Of a DNA stretch of 64,000 bases, positions 1-9,555 are shown piece by piece (the first letter of the stretch is position 1; the number at the start of each line of letters is the position of its first letter). The stretch lies in NCBI GenBank assembly GCA_030654225.1, contig JAURXY010000034.1, positions 25,184-89,183 on the forward strand, written 5' to 3'. A program made the position numbers and the translations under genes. The notes under the pieces are model-generated. The model made no database searches, was not told where the DNA came from, and was given only the letters and a program-made list of their open reading frames with translations. The DNA comes from a bacterium (lineage in GTDB: Bacteria; Patescibacteriota; Minisyncoccia; Moranbacterales; UBA2206).

Positions 1-1
1 T

Positions 2-160
2 ATCTCCAAAACAAAAATTGTTGACAATGGTCGTTTTGGAATCGCCAGATTGCAAAGAGCTGGAAATACTTCTTGGACAAAAAATTTGACTTTTGGAATC
101 GCTCCAGAATTTTGGGGAAATATTTCCGGAGACATTTCTAGTGTGCTTTATATAAAATAA
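2..160 (+). CDS. C-terminal fragment of an unknown protein (runs in from the window start)
   Basis: Open frame 2 (ISKTKIVDNG...VLYIK) ends at TAA 158-160, 9 bp before the next ATG. Confidence 0.5.
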   Translation: MSKTKIVDNGRFGIARLQRAGNTSWTKNLTFGIAPEFWGNISGDISSVLYIK

Positions 161-169
161 ACTAACAGA

Positions 170-1336
170 ATGAAAATCGCATTTATAGGACAAAAAGGAA
201 TACCAGCAAAATCCGGCGGGGTTGAAAAACATGTTGAGGAAATTGCCACCAGACTTGCCCAAAAAGGACATGAGGTTTTTGTATATGTGCGAAATAATTA
301 TACACCAAAAAATCTCAATGGATACCGAGGGATAAAACTCGTTCATCTACCAAGTATTCCAACCAAACACCTCGATGCAATCAGTCATACTTTTTTTGCC
401 ACTATTCACGCACTGTTTCAAAATTATAATGTGATTCACTATCAAGCGATTGGGCCAAGCTCACTAAGTCCAATTATTAAAGTATTTAAAAGAAAAACAG
501 CACTTATTGCTACTTATCACTGCCAAGATTATTTTCACCAGAAATGGAATTGGTTTGCGCGTACCTGTCTTCGCTTTGGAGGAGCAATTGCATCATTAGT
601 TCCTGATAAAACTATAACAGTTTCAAAAATTTTGGAAAATCATATTCAAAATAAATTCAAAAAGCAAGCGGTGGTTATACCAAGTGGAATGGATGTTTTT
701 CCAACTTCAGAGAGTCAATATTTAGCTAAATGGAATTTGCAAAAAAACAGTTATGTCTTGTCTGTTAGCCGATTAATTAGACATAAGGGCGTTCACTACC
801 TCATCGAAGCTTTCAAAAATTTGGAAGATCAACATCTAACGCGTGGGAAAAAACTAGTAATTATTGGTGATGGATTTCATACTGATGATTATGTAAAAGA
901 AATCAAGGATTTGTCTCGTGGCCGAGAAAATATCATTTTTACTGGTAGCCAATTTGGCGAAGCGCTTAACCAATTTTTTTCCCATGCCTACTGCTTTGTT
1001 CAACCATCAGAATCAGAAGGTTTGTCAATAGCTCTTTTGGAAGCTATGGGTTATGGAAAAGCTATTTTATCCAGTGATATAAAAGAAAATATGCAAGCAC
1101 TTAATGACGATATGAGCGTATCTTTTCACTCTGGCGATGTATATGACTTGGAAGAAAAGCTAGTTTTTTTAATAAATAATCCAGCATTGGTAAAAACGAT
1201 GGGAGAAAAAGCAATGATCAAAGCTCAAACAGAATTTAGTTGGGATAAAATAGTGGATCAGACTGAAGCTGTTTATGAAGATGTCTTATTTAAAAAAAGA
1301 AGGGTGCTATCAAGACAATATGGAAAAAATATTTAA
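170..1336 (+). CDS. Glycosyltransferase family 4
   Basis: N-terminal MKIAFIGQKGIPAKSGGVEKH and C-terminal PSESEGLSIALLEAMGYG (EX7E) GT-B motifs. Confidence 0.9.
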   Translation: MKIAFIGQKGIPAKSGGVEKHVEEIATRLAQKGHEVFVYVRNNYTPKNLNGYRGIKLVHLPSIPTKHLDAISHTFFATIHALFQNYNVIHYQAIGPSSLSPIIKVFKRKTALIATYHCQDYFHQKWNWFARTCLRFGGAIASLVPDKTITVSKILENHIQNKFKKQAVVIPSGMDVFPTSESQYLAKWNLQKNSYVLSVSRLIRHKGVHYLIEAFKNLEDQHLTRGKKLVIIGDGFHTDDYVKEIKDLSRGRENIIFTGSQFGEALNQFFSHAYCFVQPSESEGLSIALLEAMGYGKAILSSDIKENMQALNDDMSVSFHSGDVYDLEEKLVFLINNPALVKTMGEKAMIKAQTEFSWDKIVDQTEAVYEDVLFKKRRVLSRQYGKNI

Positions 1337-2210
1337 ATCAAAAAAATTCTATATTATTTTTATTTTCGCAACCGCGTTTGTTTTTTTGTTGTTTATTAAT
1401 CTAAGTCGCACCTATAAATCCCAAACCGATATTCTAATTATCTTTAAAAGTGAAAACTCTGCCCAAAATGCTAATATTATCTTAGAAAATCTAACTACAC
1501 TACCAAAATCACTCTCCTTTTATGATAGAGTGGTGCAAGATGAAGAAGATGCACAAAATGAAGCGATATCAGAATTGCCTGACTATAAAAGAAAAGATTA
1601 TTGGAATAGAATAGTTGAAATCAGAAGAGTGGGCAATAGTTCTGTTTTGGAATTTATTGCAAAGGATAATGATTCATACACAGCAGAAGTTCTAAGTACA
1701 CAAACAGTTAAGACTCTTTTGAGTGTCATTGGTGTTTATTATGACATCAAAAATGATATTGGTATTAGGATAATTGACGGACCCGTAACTAAAACTTCTT
1801 TTTCTGGTTCATATTTTTATGCATTTATTGAAAGCTTACTAGCTGGATTTTTCTTGGCTCTTATATTGAATTATTTTTTGTTTTTATCTGGGCAAGAAAA
1901 ACCAAAAGAAAAAATAAAAACAAATCTAATTTGGTCATACAAGGAAACACCGAAGGATGAAGTTAAGCAAGTTGCTATAAAAATAGAGAAAGCAAAGAAA
2001 CCAATAGCGATGGCTGAAGAATATATTCCTATTTTTTCCAAAAAAGCCGTTGCGCCAGATAATTTGCCAATTGTTGAAGATATTCCCATATTTGAACAAC
2101 CTCAAAAGGAAGAACCTAAAAAAGAGGAAGTAAAAACTCCGCTAATTCATGAAGCTACTGCAGAAGAAGTTAAGGAAAGATTAAATCGACTTTTGAGCGG
2201 GAAATTATAA
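1320..2210 (+). CDS. Wzz/CapA-like polysaccharide chain-length membrane protein
   Basis: Two TM segments flank a soluble domain with IRIIDGP before TM2; charged tail. ATG 1320 preferred over 1275. Confidence 0.5.
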   Translation: MEKIFKSKKFYIIFIFATAFVFLLFINLSRTYKSQTDILIIFKSENSAQNANIILENLTTLPKSLSFYDRVVQDEEDAQNEAISELPDYKRKDYWNRIVEIRRVGNSSVLEFIAKDNDSYTAEVLSTQTVKTLLSVIGVYYDIKNDIGIRIIDGPVTKTSFSGSYFYAFIESLLAGFFLALILNYFLFLSGQEKPKEKIKTNLIWSYKETPKDEVKQVAIKIEKAKKPIAMAEEYIPIFSKKAVAPDNLPIVEDIPIFEQPQKEEPKKEEVKTPLIHEATAEEVKERLNRLLSGKL

Positions 2211-2214
2211 CATT

Positions 2215-3582
2215 ATGCCAAAACAACACTCCCTAAAATTTTGGATTATTTTTTGGTCAATCGCAATTGTATTTCTGGCCGGTTTATATTTTTTCTTAGA
2301 AGCTAAAAAACAACCTGGAAAAGTAATTTCAGGCGCAATTGACTTTCTTCCAATTGAGCTTTCACAAAAAACAGAATATAAATCTATCGCCTATTTTGCA
2401 AATTATCTTTTGGCGCAAGATGATATGGAAAAAGCTTTTCTGATTCTTTTTCAAAATAATATGGAGCTTCGTCCAGGAGGAGGATTTATTGGAGCTTTTG
2501 GAATTTTGAAAATTAAAAATGGAAAAGTAATTGAATTTCAATCACACGATTTGTCTAATTTTGATGGGAGAATTCCATCAAATATTGAACCTCCATATCC
2601 AATGAAAGAAACCTTGCGTATAGATTCATGGAAATTGCGTGATTCCAATTGGTCGCCAGATTTTTCCGAAAATGCCAAGAAAGCTGAGTATTTTTATCGC
2701 CTAGGACAAGGTCAAGAAAATTTTGATGGCATCGTAGCCATCAACACCAATGTGCTAAATTCTTTTTTAAAAATCACTGGGCCTGTCACTTTGCCAGATT
2801 ATCCAGGAGAATTTAACAGCGAGAACGCTGTGTTGAATTTAGAATATCAAGTAGAGAAAGGTTATGCTGAGCAAGGAATTGAAAAGGGTGAGCGAAAAAC
2901 TATCATGAATGAACTGGCTGATGTACTAATGGAAAAAGTTTTTACTTTAAATAATTCACAAAAATTTGATTTGGCTAAAATTATTTTGGAGGATTTGAAT
3001 AATAAAAATATTCAACTATATTTCAAAGATCAGGATTTGGAAAATCAAGCCGAGAACTCTCTTTGGGCCGGAGAAACAAATTCAACTTGGGCAGGGGATT
3101 ATCTGATGATGATTGATGCAAATTTGGCATCATACAAAAGTGACTATTATATCGATCGCTCTTTTGATTACACAATTAATTTGTCTGGCGAAAAACCAAT
3201 CGCAACTCTCAAAATAACTTATACACACAGAGGAAAAGTCCAAGATTGGATGACTAAGGATTATCAAACCTATCTGCGAGTTTATGCGCCAAAAGACGCT
3301 TGGCTAGAAAATTCTAATAATGTCGGAAAAATTAATTTTGGTGAAGAATTCGGCAAAAAATATTTCGGCACACTTTTTACCGTGCCACTCAACCAAACCA
3401 AAACTGTGGAATTTAATTATACGCTAAAAGATTTAGACACAGAAAATTATGATTTACTAATCCAAAAACAATCTGGTGTCTCGCAGCTCCCAGGGAAAAT
3501 AACAGTTATTAATAAAAATGGAGAAAGGAAAGGTTATGATGTGAAAGTTGAGAATGAGTGGAAGCTGAATGAACACAAATAG
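2215..3582 (+). CDS. DUF4012-type membrane-anchored protein
   Basis: LILFQNNMELRPGGGFIG and LRDSNWSPDF motifs; N-terminal TM helix. Confidence 0.75.
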   Translation: MPKQHSLKFWIIFWSIAIVFLAGLYFFLEAKKQPGKVISGAIDFLPIELSQKTEYKSIAYFANYLLAQDDMEKAFLILFQNNMELRPGGGFIGAFGILKIKNGKVIEFQSHDLSNFDGRIPSNIEPPYPMKETLRIDSWKLRDSNWSPDFSENAKKAEYFYRLGQGQENFDGIVAINTNVLNSFLKITGPVTLPDYPGEFNSENAVLNLEYQVEKGYAEQGIEKGERKTIMNELADVLMEKVFTLNNSQKFDLAKIILEDLNNKNIQLYFKDQDLENQAENSLWAGETNSTWAGDYLMMIDANLASYKSDYYIDRSFDYTINLSGEKPIATLKITYTHRGKVQDWMTKDYQTYLRVYAPKDAWLENSNNVGKINFGEEFGKKYFGTLFTVPLNQTKTVEFNYTLKDLDTENYDLLIQKQSGVSQLPGKITVINKNGERKGYDVKVENEWKLNEHK

Positions 3583-3605
3583 AAAAATATTAAATTTAAA
3601 TAAAG

Positions 3606-3631
3606 AAAGCCTGCACTAAAATGTGGGCTTT
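3606..3631 (+). terminator. Probable intrinsic terminator
   Basis: Imperfect hairpin aaagcctgcac-taaaat-gtgggcttt followed by a T-rich tract downstream of the DUF4012 gene. Confidence 0.4.
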
Positions 3632-3673
3632 ATTTAATTTTTGGGTGTGGTAGAATAGAAAAAACAAAAGATT

Positions 3674-3801
3674 CCTTCTCTCCCTTTTGGAGAGATGTCG
3701 CGTACTCGCGACAGAGAGGGAAGAGTTAAATTAAAAATAATAAAATAATCTTAGTTTCTCCCTCATCCGCCCTTCGGGCACCTTCTCCCGAAGGGAGAAG
3801 G
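3674..3801. repeat. Inverted doublet of CCTTCTCCC..GGGAGA(A)GG two-hairpin palindromic repeats
   Basis: 3674-3720 and 3758-3801 are related units in opposite orientation; a third copy lies inside priA (20511-20554). Confidence 0.75.
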
Positions 3802-3816
3802 TGGAAATGAAAAATT

Positions 3817-4362
3817 ATGGAATTTATAAAAACCACTCTAAAAGACGCATACATAATCAAACCGCAAGTTTTTGGAGATAATCGGGGATTTTTTTTGGAG
3901 TCATATTCCAAGAAAAAATTTAAAAAAGAGGGGATTGGCGCAGAATTTGTGCAGGACAACCATTCAAAATCAGAAAAAAAAGGCACACTTCGCGGACTGC
4001 ATTTTCAAATTCCGCCATATACACAAGCTAAGCTCATCCGAGTTGTAAGTGGCAAAATTTTAGATGTAATCGTTGATCTTCGCCGTGACAGTGAGACTTT
4101 TGGAAAATGGGAGGTTTTCGAGCTATCAGCCGAAAATTTTCAAATACTTTTCGTTCCGCAAGGTTTTGCTCATGGTTTTATGACACTAGAAGATAACACG
4201 GAAGTTTTATATAAAGCGGACAATTTTTATGAGCCTTCGCATGAAGGAGGAATTGCCTGGAATGATCCAGATTTGAAAATTAACTGGCCACTAGAAAATC
4301 CGATTCTTTCCGAGCGCGACACCAAATGGCCTAATTTGAAAAATTTAGATAATCCGTTTTAA
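3817..4362 (+). CDS. rfbC: dTDP-4-dehydrorhamnose 3,5-epimerase
   Basis: DNRGFFLESY, QDNHSKS, LRGLHFQ and GFAHGF motifs. Confidence 0.97.
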   Translation: MEFIKTTLKDAYIIKPQVFGDNRGFFLESYSKKKFKKEGIGAEFVQDNHSKSEKKGTLRGLHFQIPPYTQAKLIRVVSGKILDVIVDLRRDSETFGKWEVFELSAENFQILFVPQGFAHGFMTLEDNTEVLYKADNFYEPSHEGGIAWNDPDLKINWPLENPILSERDTKWPNLKNLDNPF

Positions 4363-4372
4363 TAAAAAATAT

Positions 4373-5431
4373 ATGAAATTATTAGTCACTGGTGGTGCGG
4401 GGTTTATCGGTTCAAATTTCATTCACTATTGGATCGAAAAACATCCGCAAGATTTAATTGTCAATTTGGACGCCTTGACCTATGCCGGCAATTTGGAAAA
4501 TTTGAAATCCATTGAAAGCCCGCCTCGCGTCGACGAGCGATCGTCTTCGCGAGTCGAGGCGGGTAATCCGAATTATAAATTTGTCAAAGCTGATATTTCC
4601 GACAAGGAAAAAATCAACGAAATAATTTCCACTGAAAAACCAGATGCAATTGTGCACTACGCCGCTGAATCGCATGTTGATCGCTCAATTTTAGGACCAG
4701 AAGCTTTTGTTCGAACGAATGTTTTGGGCACGTTTAATTTATTAGAAGCAGCACGCCAAAATGGCAACATCCGCTTTCATCACGTTTCCACAGATGAGGT
4801 TTTTGGCTCACTAGGCCCAAATGACGCACCTTTCAATGAAACGACGCCTTATGACCCCAGAAGCCCCTATAGCGCTTCTAAAGCGTCTTCAGACCACTTA
4901 GTGCGAGCCTATTTTCACACTTTTGGCCTGCCAATTACTATCTCTAATTGTTCCAATAATTTTGGTCCATTTCAATTTCCAGAGAAACTAATTCCACTAT
5001 TTGTAACCAATCTGATCGAAGGCAAAAAAATTCCCCTTTATGGCGATGGAATGAATGTTCGCGATTGGCTCTATGTCGAAGATCACTCCGGCGCAATTGA
5101 TCTAATTTTGCAAAAAGGCAAGATTGGCGAAACTTATTGCGTTGGCGGAAACACGGAAAAAAACAATAAGGAAATTACTTATAAAATTTTGGAACTGATG
5201 GGTAAGGGCGAAGAGATGATTGAATTTGTAGCAGATCGAAAAGGACATGATTTGCGCTATTCAATTGATTTTTCCAAGATTCAGCACGAACTTGGCTGGA
5301 CGCCAAAAACTTCCTTTGAAGACGGAATGAAAAAAACTATCCAGTGGTACAAAGAAAATGAAAGTTGGTGGAAAGAAATAAAATCTGGCGAATACCAGAA
5401 TTACTACGAGAAAAATTATAAAGATAGATAA
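4373..5431 (+). CDS. rfbB: dTDP-glucose 4,6-dehydratase carrying a 15-aa palindrome-derived insertion
   Basis: GGAGFIGSNF, AAESHVDRS, VSTDEV and YSASKA motifs. Confidence 0.97.
   Translation: MKLLVTGGAGFIGSNFIHYWIEKHPQDLIVNLDALTYAGNLENLKSIESPPRVDERSSSRVEAGNPNYKFVKADISDKEKINEIISTEKPDAIVHYAAESHVDRSILGPEAFVRTNVLGTFNLLEAARQNGNIRFHHVSTDEVFGSLGPNDAPFNETTPYDPRSPYSASKASSDHLVRAYFHTFGLPITISNCSNNFGPFQFPEKLIPLFVTNLIEGKKIPLYGDGMNVRDWLYVEDHSGAIDLILQKGKIGETYCVGGNTEKNNKEITYKILELMGKGEEMIEFVADRKGHDLRYSIDFSKIQHELGWTPKTSFEDGMKKTIQWYKENESWWKEIKSGEYQNYYEKNYKDR
4519..4563. mobile_element. 45-bp palindromic micro-insertion (CCCGCCTC...GAGGCGGG), in frame in rfbB
   Basis: Near-identical 44-bp copy at 31747-31790; removal restores IESNPNYKFVK. 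Confidence 0.85.
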
Positions 5432-5445
5432 TGATTATACTTTTG

Positions 5446-5474
5446 AAAAAGACCCTTTTGGGGAGTCTTTTTTT
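5446..5474. terminator. Bidirectional intrinsic terminator
   Basis: aaaaagaccc-tttt-ggggagtctttttt between convergent genes. Confidence 0.55.
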
Positions 5475-7008
5475 ATCCGCCGATTCCGAAGAAAGTAGTT
5501 TTTTCAGGAAAAGTTATGGAGAATAGATTAGCAATAGCATCTTTCGTGTCGATAAAATACATTTTTTCCAAAGCGCTATTGTAGATAACGAAAGGATTTA
5601 GCGTCTCTGTGTTAATGAGATCCATGCAATTGGCATGATCTCGCGGGTCAATTTCGATAATTTTTATCCATTTCCCTGAATTGAAAATAACATGTTCATA
5701 ATCCTTAAACCATTGAACATTTTTAATCGGCTCGCTATAGCGAGTGATATTTTGCATTTCATTTTCTTGGCGAATTGGCTGAGAAAGTTGTTCGCGTAAA
5801 AAATAGACCGAGATTTCATTATTTGACCAAAAAAGAATTTTTTTGCCATCATCAGAAAAATGGGCTTCTTCAATATTATTGGATAGTTTTCTAAAATAAT
5901 CTCCGTAATCACCCTTGTTGAAAATATAGAAATCCTTGTTTTCCAAAATCAAAGCAATCCTCGAATCATCATAAACTACTATGGAAGAAATTCTGACATT
6001 TTGGAAGCCGGGAAAATTATTTGTAATTTGGGCTGGCTCGCTTTTTCCGTCGAGACTATTTTTATATAACATTCCTGAGTTTTGAGCATAATAAACATAG
6101 GAGCCAGAAAGATCAAAACTAGAAACATCAGAAGCGATTTGAATTATATCTTGAGGATTCTTTATGTCCGCGCGAAAAAGAATATTATTTTCCAAGAAAA
6201 ACAAGAAGCCACTATCTCTTGGATCCCACCTAACATTATGAATATTTTTTTTATTCAAAATTTCTGTTAAGTTGAGATTGTTTTTATTGACAAAATCATA
6301 AATAAAATAGTTATATTCATATTCACTGAGTGTTTCATCGGCTGTTTTCTTTACTGGATTTTTCACGAGAAGAGTTTTTTCTTTTTGAGCAGTTGGTTCG
6401 ATTATTTTTTTAACTGGAACAGAAAGAAAAAGATTATCTGGCGACCACTCGATGTTTTCTTTTTTGGTATCTTCGATAAATTCCCAACCAGAAAAATTAA
6501 TTTCTTGATCAACTAGGCTCGTCGCTATATTGAAAATCTTTACTGTCAAATCATTTTCCTTTTTTGTGATATAGGCCAAAAGATCATTCTTTGGCGAGGT
6601 GAAAAATTTTTGAATTTCTGGGGTATTAAGTTCGGTTTTTTCATAATCCTTTCTGACAAGAAGCACATTCCAAAATTCACTGGCCAATCCACTGTGCACT
6701 TGGGTTTTTTTGCTCCAAGTTTGAAAATCTGGTGCTGAAACCTGAACATCATATTCTCCCGGAACAATGCCGGAGACATTAAAGGAGCTATTTATTCGAT
6801 TTAATTTTTTCGATTCAAAAAGCTCATTGTTTAGTTTTACATCAACGGTTTGAGGGTTGGATTTGAAAGTAATGGTTCCGCTATGAACAAAAACACCCCG
6901 ATTCTTGTCGAAGCGATAACCTTTGGCATTAAGGATAATAACTGGTACTGTCATTAGAAACAGTAGCACTAAAATCCAAAAAAACACTTTTCTTTTCCAG
7001 CTTTCCAT
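5473..7008 (-). CDS. PEGA-domain membrane protein with a probable beta-propeller
   Basis: N-terminal TM, GYRFD...SGTITFKSNP...PGEYDVQVS PEGA-like segment, repeated WSPD/FSDD motifs. Confidence 0.7.
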   Translation of the reverse strand: MESWKRKVFFWILVLLFLMTVPVIILNAKGYRFDKNRGVFVHSGTITFKSNPQTVDVKLNNELFESKKLNRINSSFNVSGIVPGEYDVQVSAPDFQTWSKKTQVHSGLASEFWNVLLVRKDYEKTELNTPEIQKFFTSPKNDLLAYITKKENDLTVKIFNIATSLVDQEINFSGWEFIEDTKKENIEWSPDNLFLSVPVKKIIEPTAQKEKTLLVKNPVKKTADETLSEYEYNYFIYDFVNKNNLNLTEILNKKNIHNVRWDPRDSGFLFFLENNILFRADIKNPQDIIQIASDVSSFDLSGSYVYYAQNSGMLYKNSLDGKSEPAQITNNFPGFQNVRISSIVVYDDSRIALILENKDFYIFNKGDYGDYFRKLSNNIEEAHFSDDGKKILFWSNNEISVYFLREQLSQPIRQENEMQNITRYSEPIKNVQWFKDYEHVIFNSGKWIKIIEIDPRDHANCMDLINTETLNPFVIYNSALEKMYFIDTKDAIANLFSITFPEKTTFFGIGG

Positions 7009-7051
7009 ATTTAATATACTACTATAGAAAGCGCATTTTGTCCAGAAACAG

Positions 7052-7080
7052 TTGACAAATTAGCGTCTGTGCGATATAGT
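7052..7080 (+). promoter_or_regulatory. sigma70 promoter for rplU
   Basis: TTGACA-17 bp-TATAGT. Confidence 0.7.
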
Positions 7081-7123
7081 ATTTAGGTAATATTTTACTT
7101 ATAACAAATTCATAAAAACAGCT

Positions 7124-7432
7124 ATGTTGGCAATTATAAAAACTGGTGGAAAACAGTATAAAGTTAATGAAGGCGACAAAATCAAGGTAGAAAAATTGGA
7201 AGGCGAAGAGGGGAGCAAGATCGTTTTTTCTGAAGTCCTTTTTTTGGGCGATGAAAAAGATGTCAAAATTGGAACCCCAATTCTTACTGGTGTCACAGTT
7301 GAAGGCACAATCCTGAAAACTGCTAAAGGCAAGAAGGTGACGGGAATTAAATTCAAACCAAAGAAAAGATACAAAGTTAAATTCGGACATCGACAAACAA
7401 TGACAGAAGTGGAGATTACTAAGATTGGATAA
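7124..7432 (+). CDS. rplU: 50S ribosomal protein L21
   Basis: AIIKTGGKQYKV and GHRQ motifs. Confidence 0.97.
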   Translation: MLAIIKTGGKQYKVNEGDKIKVEKLEGEEGSKIVFSEVLFLGDEKDVKIGTPILTGVTVEGTILKTAKGKKVTGIKFKPKKRYKVKFGHRQTMTEVEITKIG

Positions 7433-7455
7433 AAAAAATTATCTTTTACTATTTC

Positions 7456-7487
7456 AAAAAAGTCTTGATTTAAATCAAGACTTTTTT
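7456..7487. terminator. Bidirectional terminator
   Basis: Perfect palindrome aaaaaagtcttgattt/aaatcaagactttttt between convergent rplU and recR. Confidence 0.7.
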
Positions 7488-8074
7488 TATTTCCTATTTA
7501 TTATCGCGCTTCCTAATGTTAGTTCATCCGCATATTCAATATCAGAGCCCGTAGAAAGTCCGCGAGCGAGTTTGGTGACGTTGGCAGAGGTCTCTTTTAG
7601 CATTCTGGCAATGTAGAGCGCCGTAGCATCGCCTTCGGTAGTTGGATTCATTGCTAAAATTATTTCTTCTATTTTTTCGCTCAATACTCTTTTTTGCAAT
7701 TCGTTTAATTTCAATTGACTCGGATCATCATTTTTTGTGATGCCCAATGTTCCGCCCAAAACATGATAGAGCCCGTCATATTTTTTTGTTCGTTCAATGG
7801 CAATTATGTCGAGTGGTTCTTCCACGACACAAATTTTCTTTTGATTGCGGGATTTTTGCGAGCATATTTCACATAATTTTTCTTCACTGATATTGAAACA
7901 TTTTTCGCAATAGCGCAAATTAATTTTCAAATTTGAAAGAGAATTTCCAAACTCAACTAGCATTTCTTTGTCTTGTTTGAAGAGATACAAAACCAACCGT
8001 TCAGCCATTTTTGGCCCGACCGACGGAAGAGAAGAAAAATAATCAATTAGTTTTTTGAAAGATTTTGGATACAT
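7487..8074 (-). CDS. recR: Recombination protein RecR
   Basis: LPSVGPKMAERL, C4 zinc finger, YHVLGG, Toprim EGDAT and EYADELTL. Confidence 0.97.
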   Translation of the reverse strand: MYPKSFKKLIDYFSSLPSVGPKMAERLVLYLFKQDKEMLVEFGNSLSNLKINLRYCEKCFNISEEKLCEICSQKSRNQKKICVVEEPLDIIAIERTKKYDGLYHVLGGTLGITKNDDPSQLKLNELQKRVLSEKIEEIILAMNPTTEGDATALYIARMLKETSANVTKLARGLSTGSDIEYADELTLGSAIINRK

Positions 8075-8075
8075 G

Positions 8076-9443
8076 TTATTCTGTGTGAACCCTCTCTAAT
8101 GATTTAAAAGTAGTAGAATTTTCTTGGAAATATAGAGAAAATCTGCCCACTGGACCGTTTCTGTGCTTTGCTACATGCACCTCGACAATATTTTTGTTTG
8201 GCGTATCTGGTTTTTCTCGGTCTTCACGATAGAGAAACATCACAACATCGGCATCCTGCTCGATTGAACCTGATTCACGAAGGTCAGAAAGTTTTGGAAT
8301 TTGCGGACTGCGAGATTCCACCGCACGAGAAAGTTGAGAAAGAGCGATGACTGGAATATTGAGTTCACGCGCCAATTGTTTCAAGGCGCGGGAAATTTCC
8401 GAAATTTCATTCACGCGATTGTCCCCACCACCATTTCGACCTTCCATAAGTTGCAAATAATCGATGATAATTAGTCCCACATTATGTTCTGATTGCAATC
8501 GTCTCGCCATAGTACGCATTTCCATCACATTGGCACTTCCAGCGTCATCAATGTAAATTGGCGCTTCAGAGAGTGTTCCCATTGCTTCACCAATGCGTTG
8601 AAAATCATCATCACCTTCACCAGTTTTGAGTCGTCCGGTACGAAGTCGCCACAAATCCACGCCCGACTGAGCGGAAAGCATCCTGTCAATCAATTGGTCG
8701 GCGCCCATTTCTAAGGAGAAAATACCGACCGGAATTTTTTCCTTAACAGCAATTTGACGAGCTAAATCCAAAGCCAAAGTAGTTTTTCCAATCGAAGGTC
8801 GAGCAGCTAAAATTACTAAATCTGATTTTTGAAAACCAGCCAAGATATTGTCCATATCAGGATACCCGGTTGGAATTCCGCGCAATTTATGATCACCCTT
8901 GTGAAGTTCATCGATTCGATTGAAAGCCGCTTCCAGAATTGATTTGATTGGCACAAAATCCTGTTTGATATATTTTTGTGAAACGCCAAAAAGTTTTTGT
9001 TCAGCCGTATCAAGAATTTTTTCCACATCTTCTTCTTCGCGATACCCGAGTTCCACGATTTCACTAGCGGTGATGATTAGTTTTCGCAGAGTGGATTTTT
9101 TTTGCACCACCTTGGCATAATGAGCAATATTTGAACTAGAAGGCACAGAATTTACCAGTTCAGTCAAATAACTAGAACCGCCAATCTTATCCAAAAGTTT
9201 TTTTTCTTCCAAACGATTAGACAAACTCAAAACATCAATCGGCTCACGCTGTTCATAGAGTTCCATCATTGCCTCATAGATGATATTGTGATCATCCCGA
9301 TAGAAATCACCCAATCGCACCAGATTAGCAATCTTTATGACTGCATCTTTGTCCAACATCAAAGCCCCCAAAACTGATCTTTCAGCTTCGATATTTTGCG
9401 GTGGAATTTTTAGGTCGTTGTTTGAAGATGTGTTCTTTGCCAT
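8076..9443 (-). CDS. dnaB: Replicative DNA helicase
   Basis: AARPSIGKT, IDYLQL, LSQLSR, DLRESGSIEQDAD and KHRNGP; no intein. Confidence 0.98.
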   Translation of the reverse strand: MAKNTSSNNDLKIPPQNIEAERSVLGALMLDKDAVIKIANLVRLGDFYRDDHNIIYEAMMELYEQREPIDVLSLSNRLEEKKLLDKIGGSSYLTELVNSVPSSSNIAHYAKVVQKKSTLRKLIITASEIVELGYREEEDVEKILDTAEQKLFGVSQKYIKQDFVPIKSILEAAFNRIDELHKGDHKLRGIPTGYPDMDNILAGFQKSDLVILAARPSIGKTTLALDLARQIAVKEKIPVGIFSLEMGADQLIDRMLSAQSGVDLWRLRTGRLKTGEGDDDFQRIGEAMGTLSEAPIYIDDAGSANVMEMRTMARRLQSEHNVGLIIIDYLQLMEGRNGGGDNRVNEISEISRALKQLARELNIPVIALSQLSRAVESRSPQIPKLSDLRESGSIEQDADVVMFLYREDREKPDTPNKNIVEVHVAKHRNGPVGRFSLYFQENSTTFKSLERVHTE

Positions 9444-9555
9444 AATTTTTTTCTTTATCGTTTATACATTATAGCAACTGACTAGTAAAAATCAACTTGC
9501 GCTTTTACCCAATTTGTGCGCAAGTTATTCTCATAAATTATCCTAACATTCAATG

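Noticed and set aside
3726-3986. 86-aa minus-strand ORF and the many other short antisense ORFs in the track
   Set aside because: They overlap well-supported genes or repeats on the opposite strand and carry no recognisable motifs.
8076-9443. Intein in DnaB
   Set aside because: Normal length (455 aa) with contiguous motifs.
9480-9550. Possible DnaA boxes or origin upstream of dnaB
   Set aside because: Only degenerate matches (ttattctca, ttatcctaa); no perfect box cluster.
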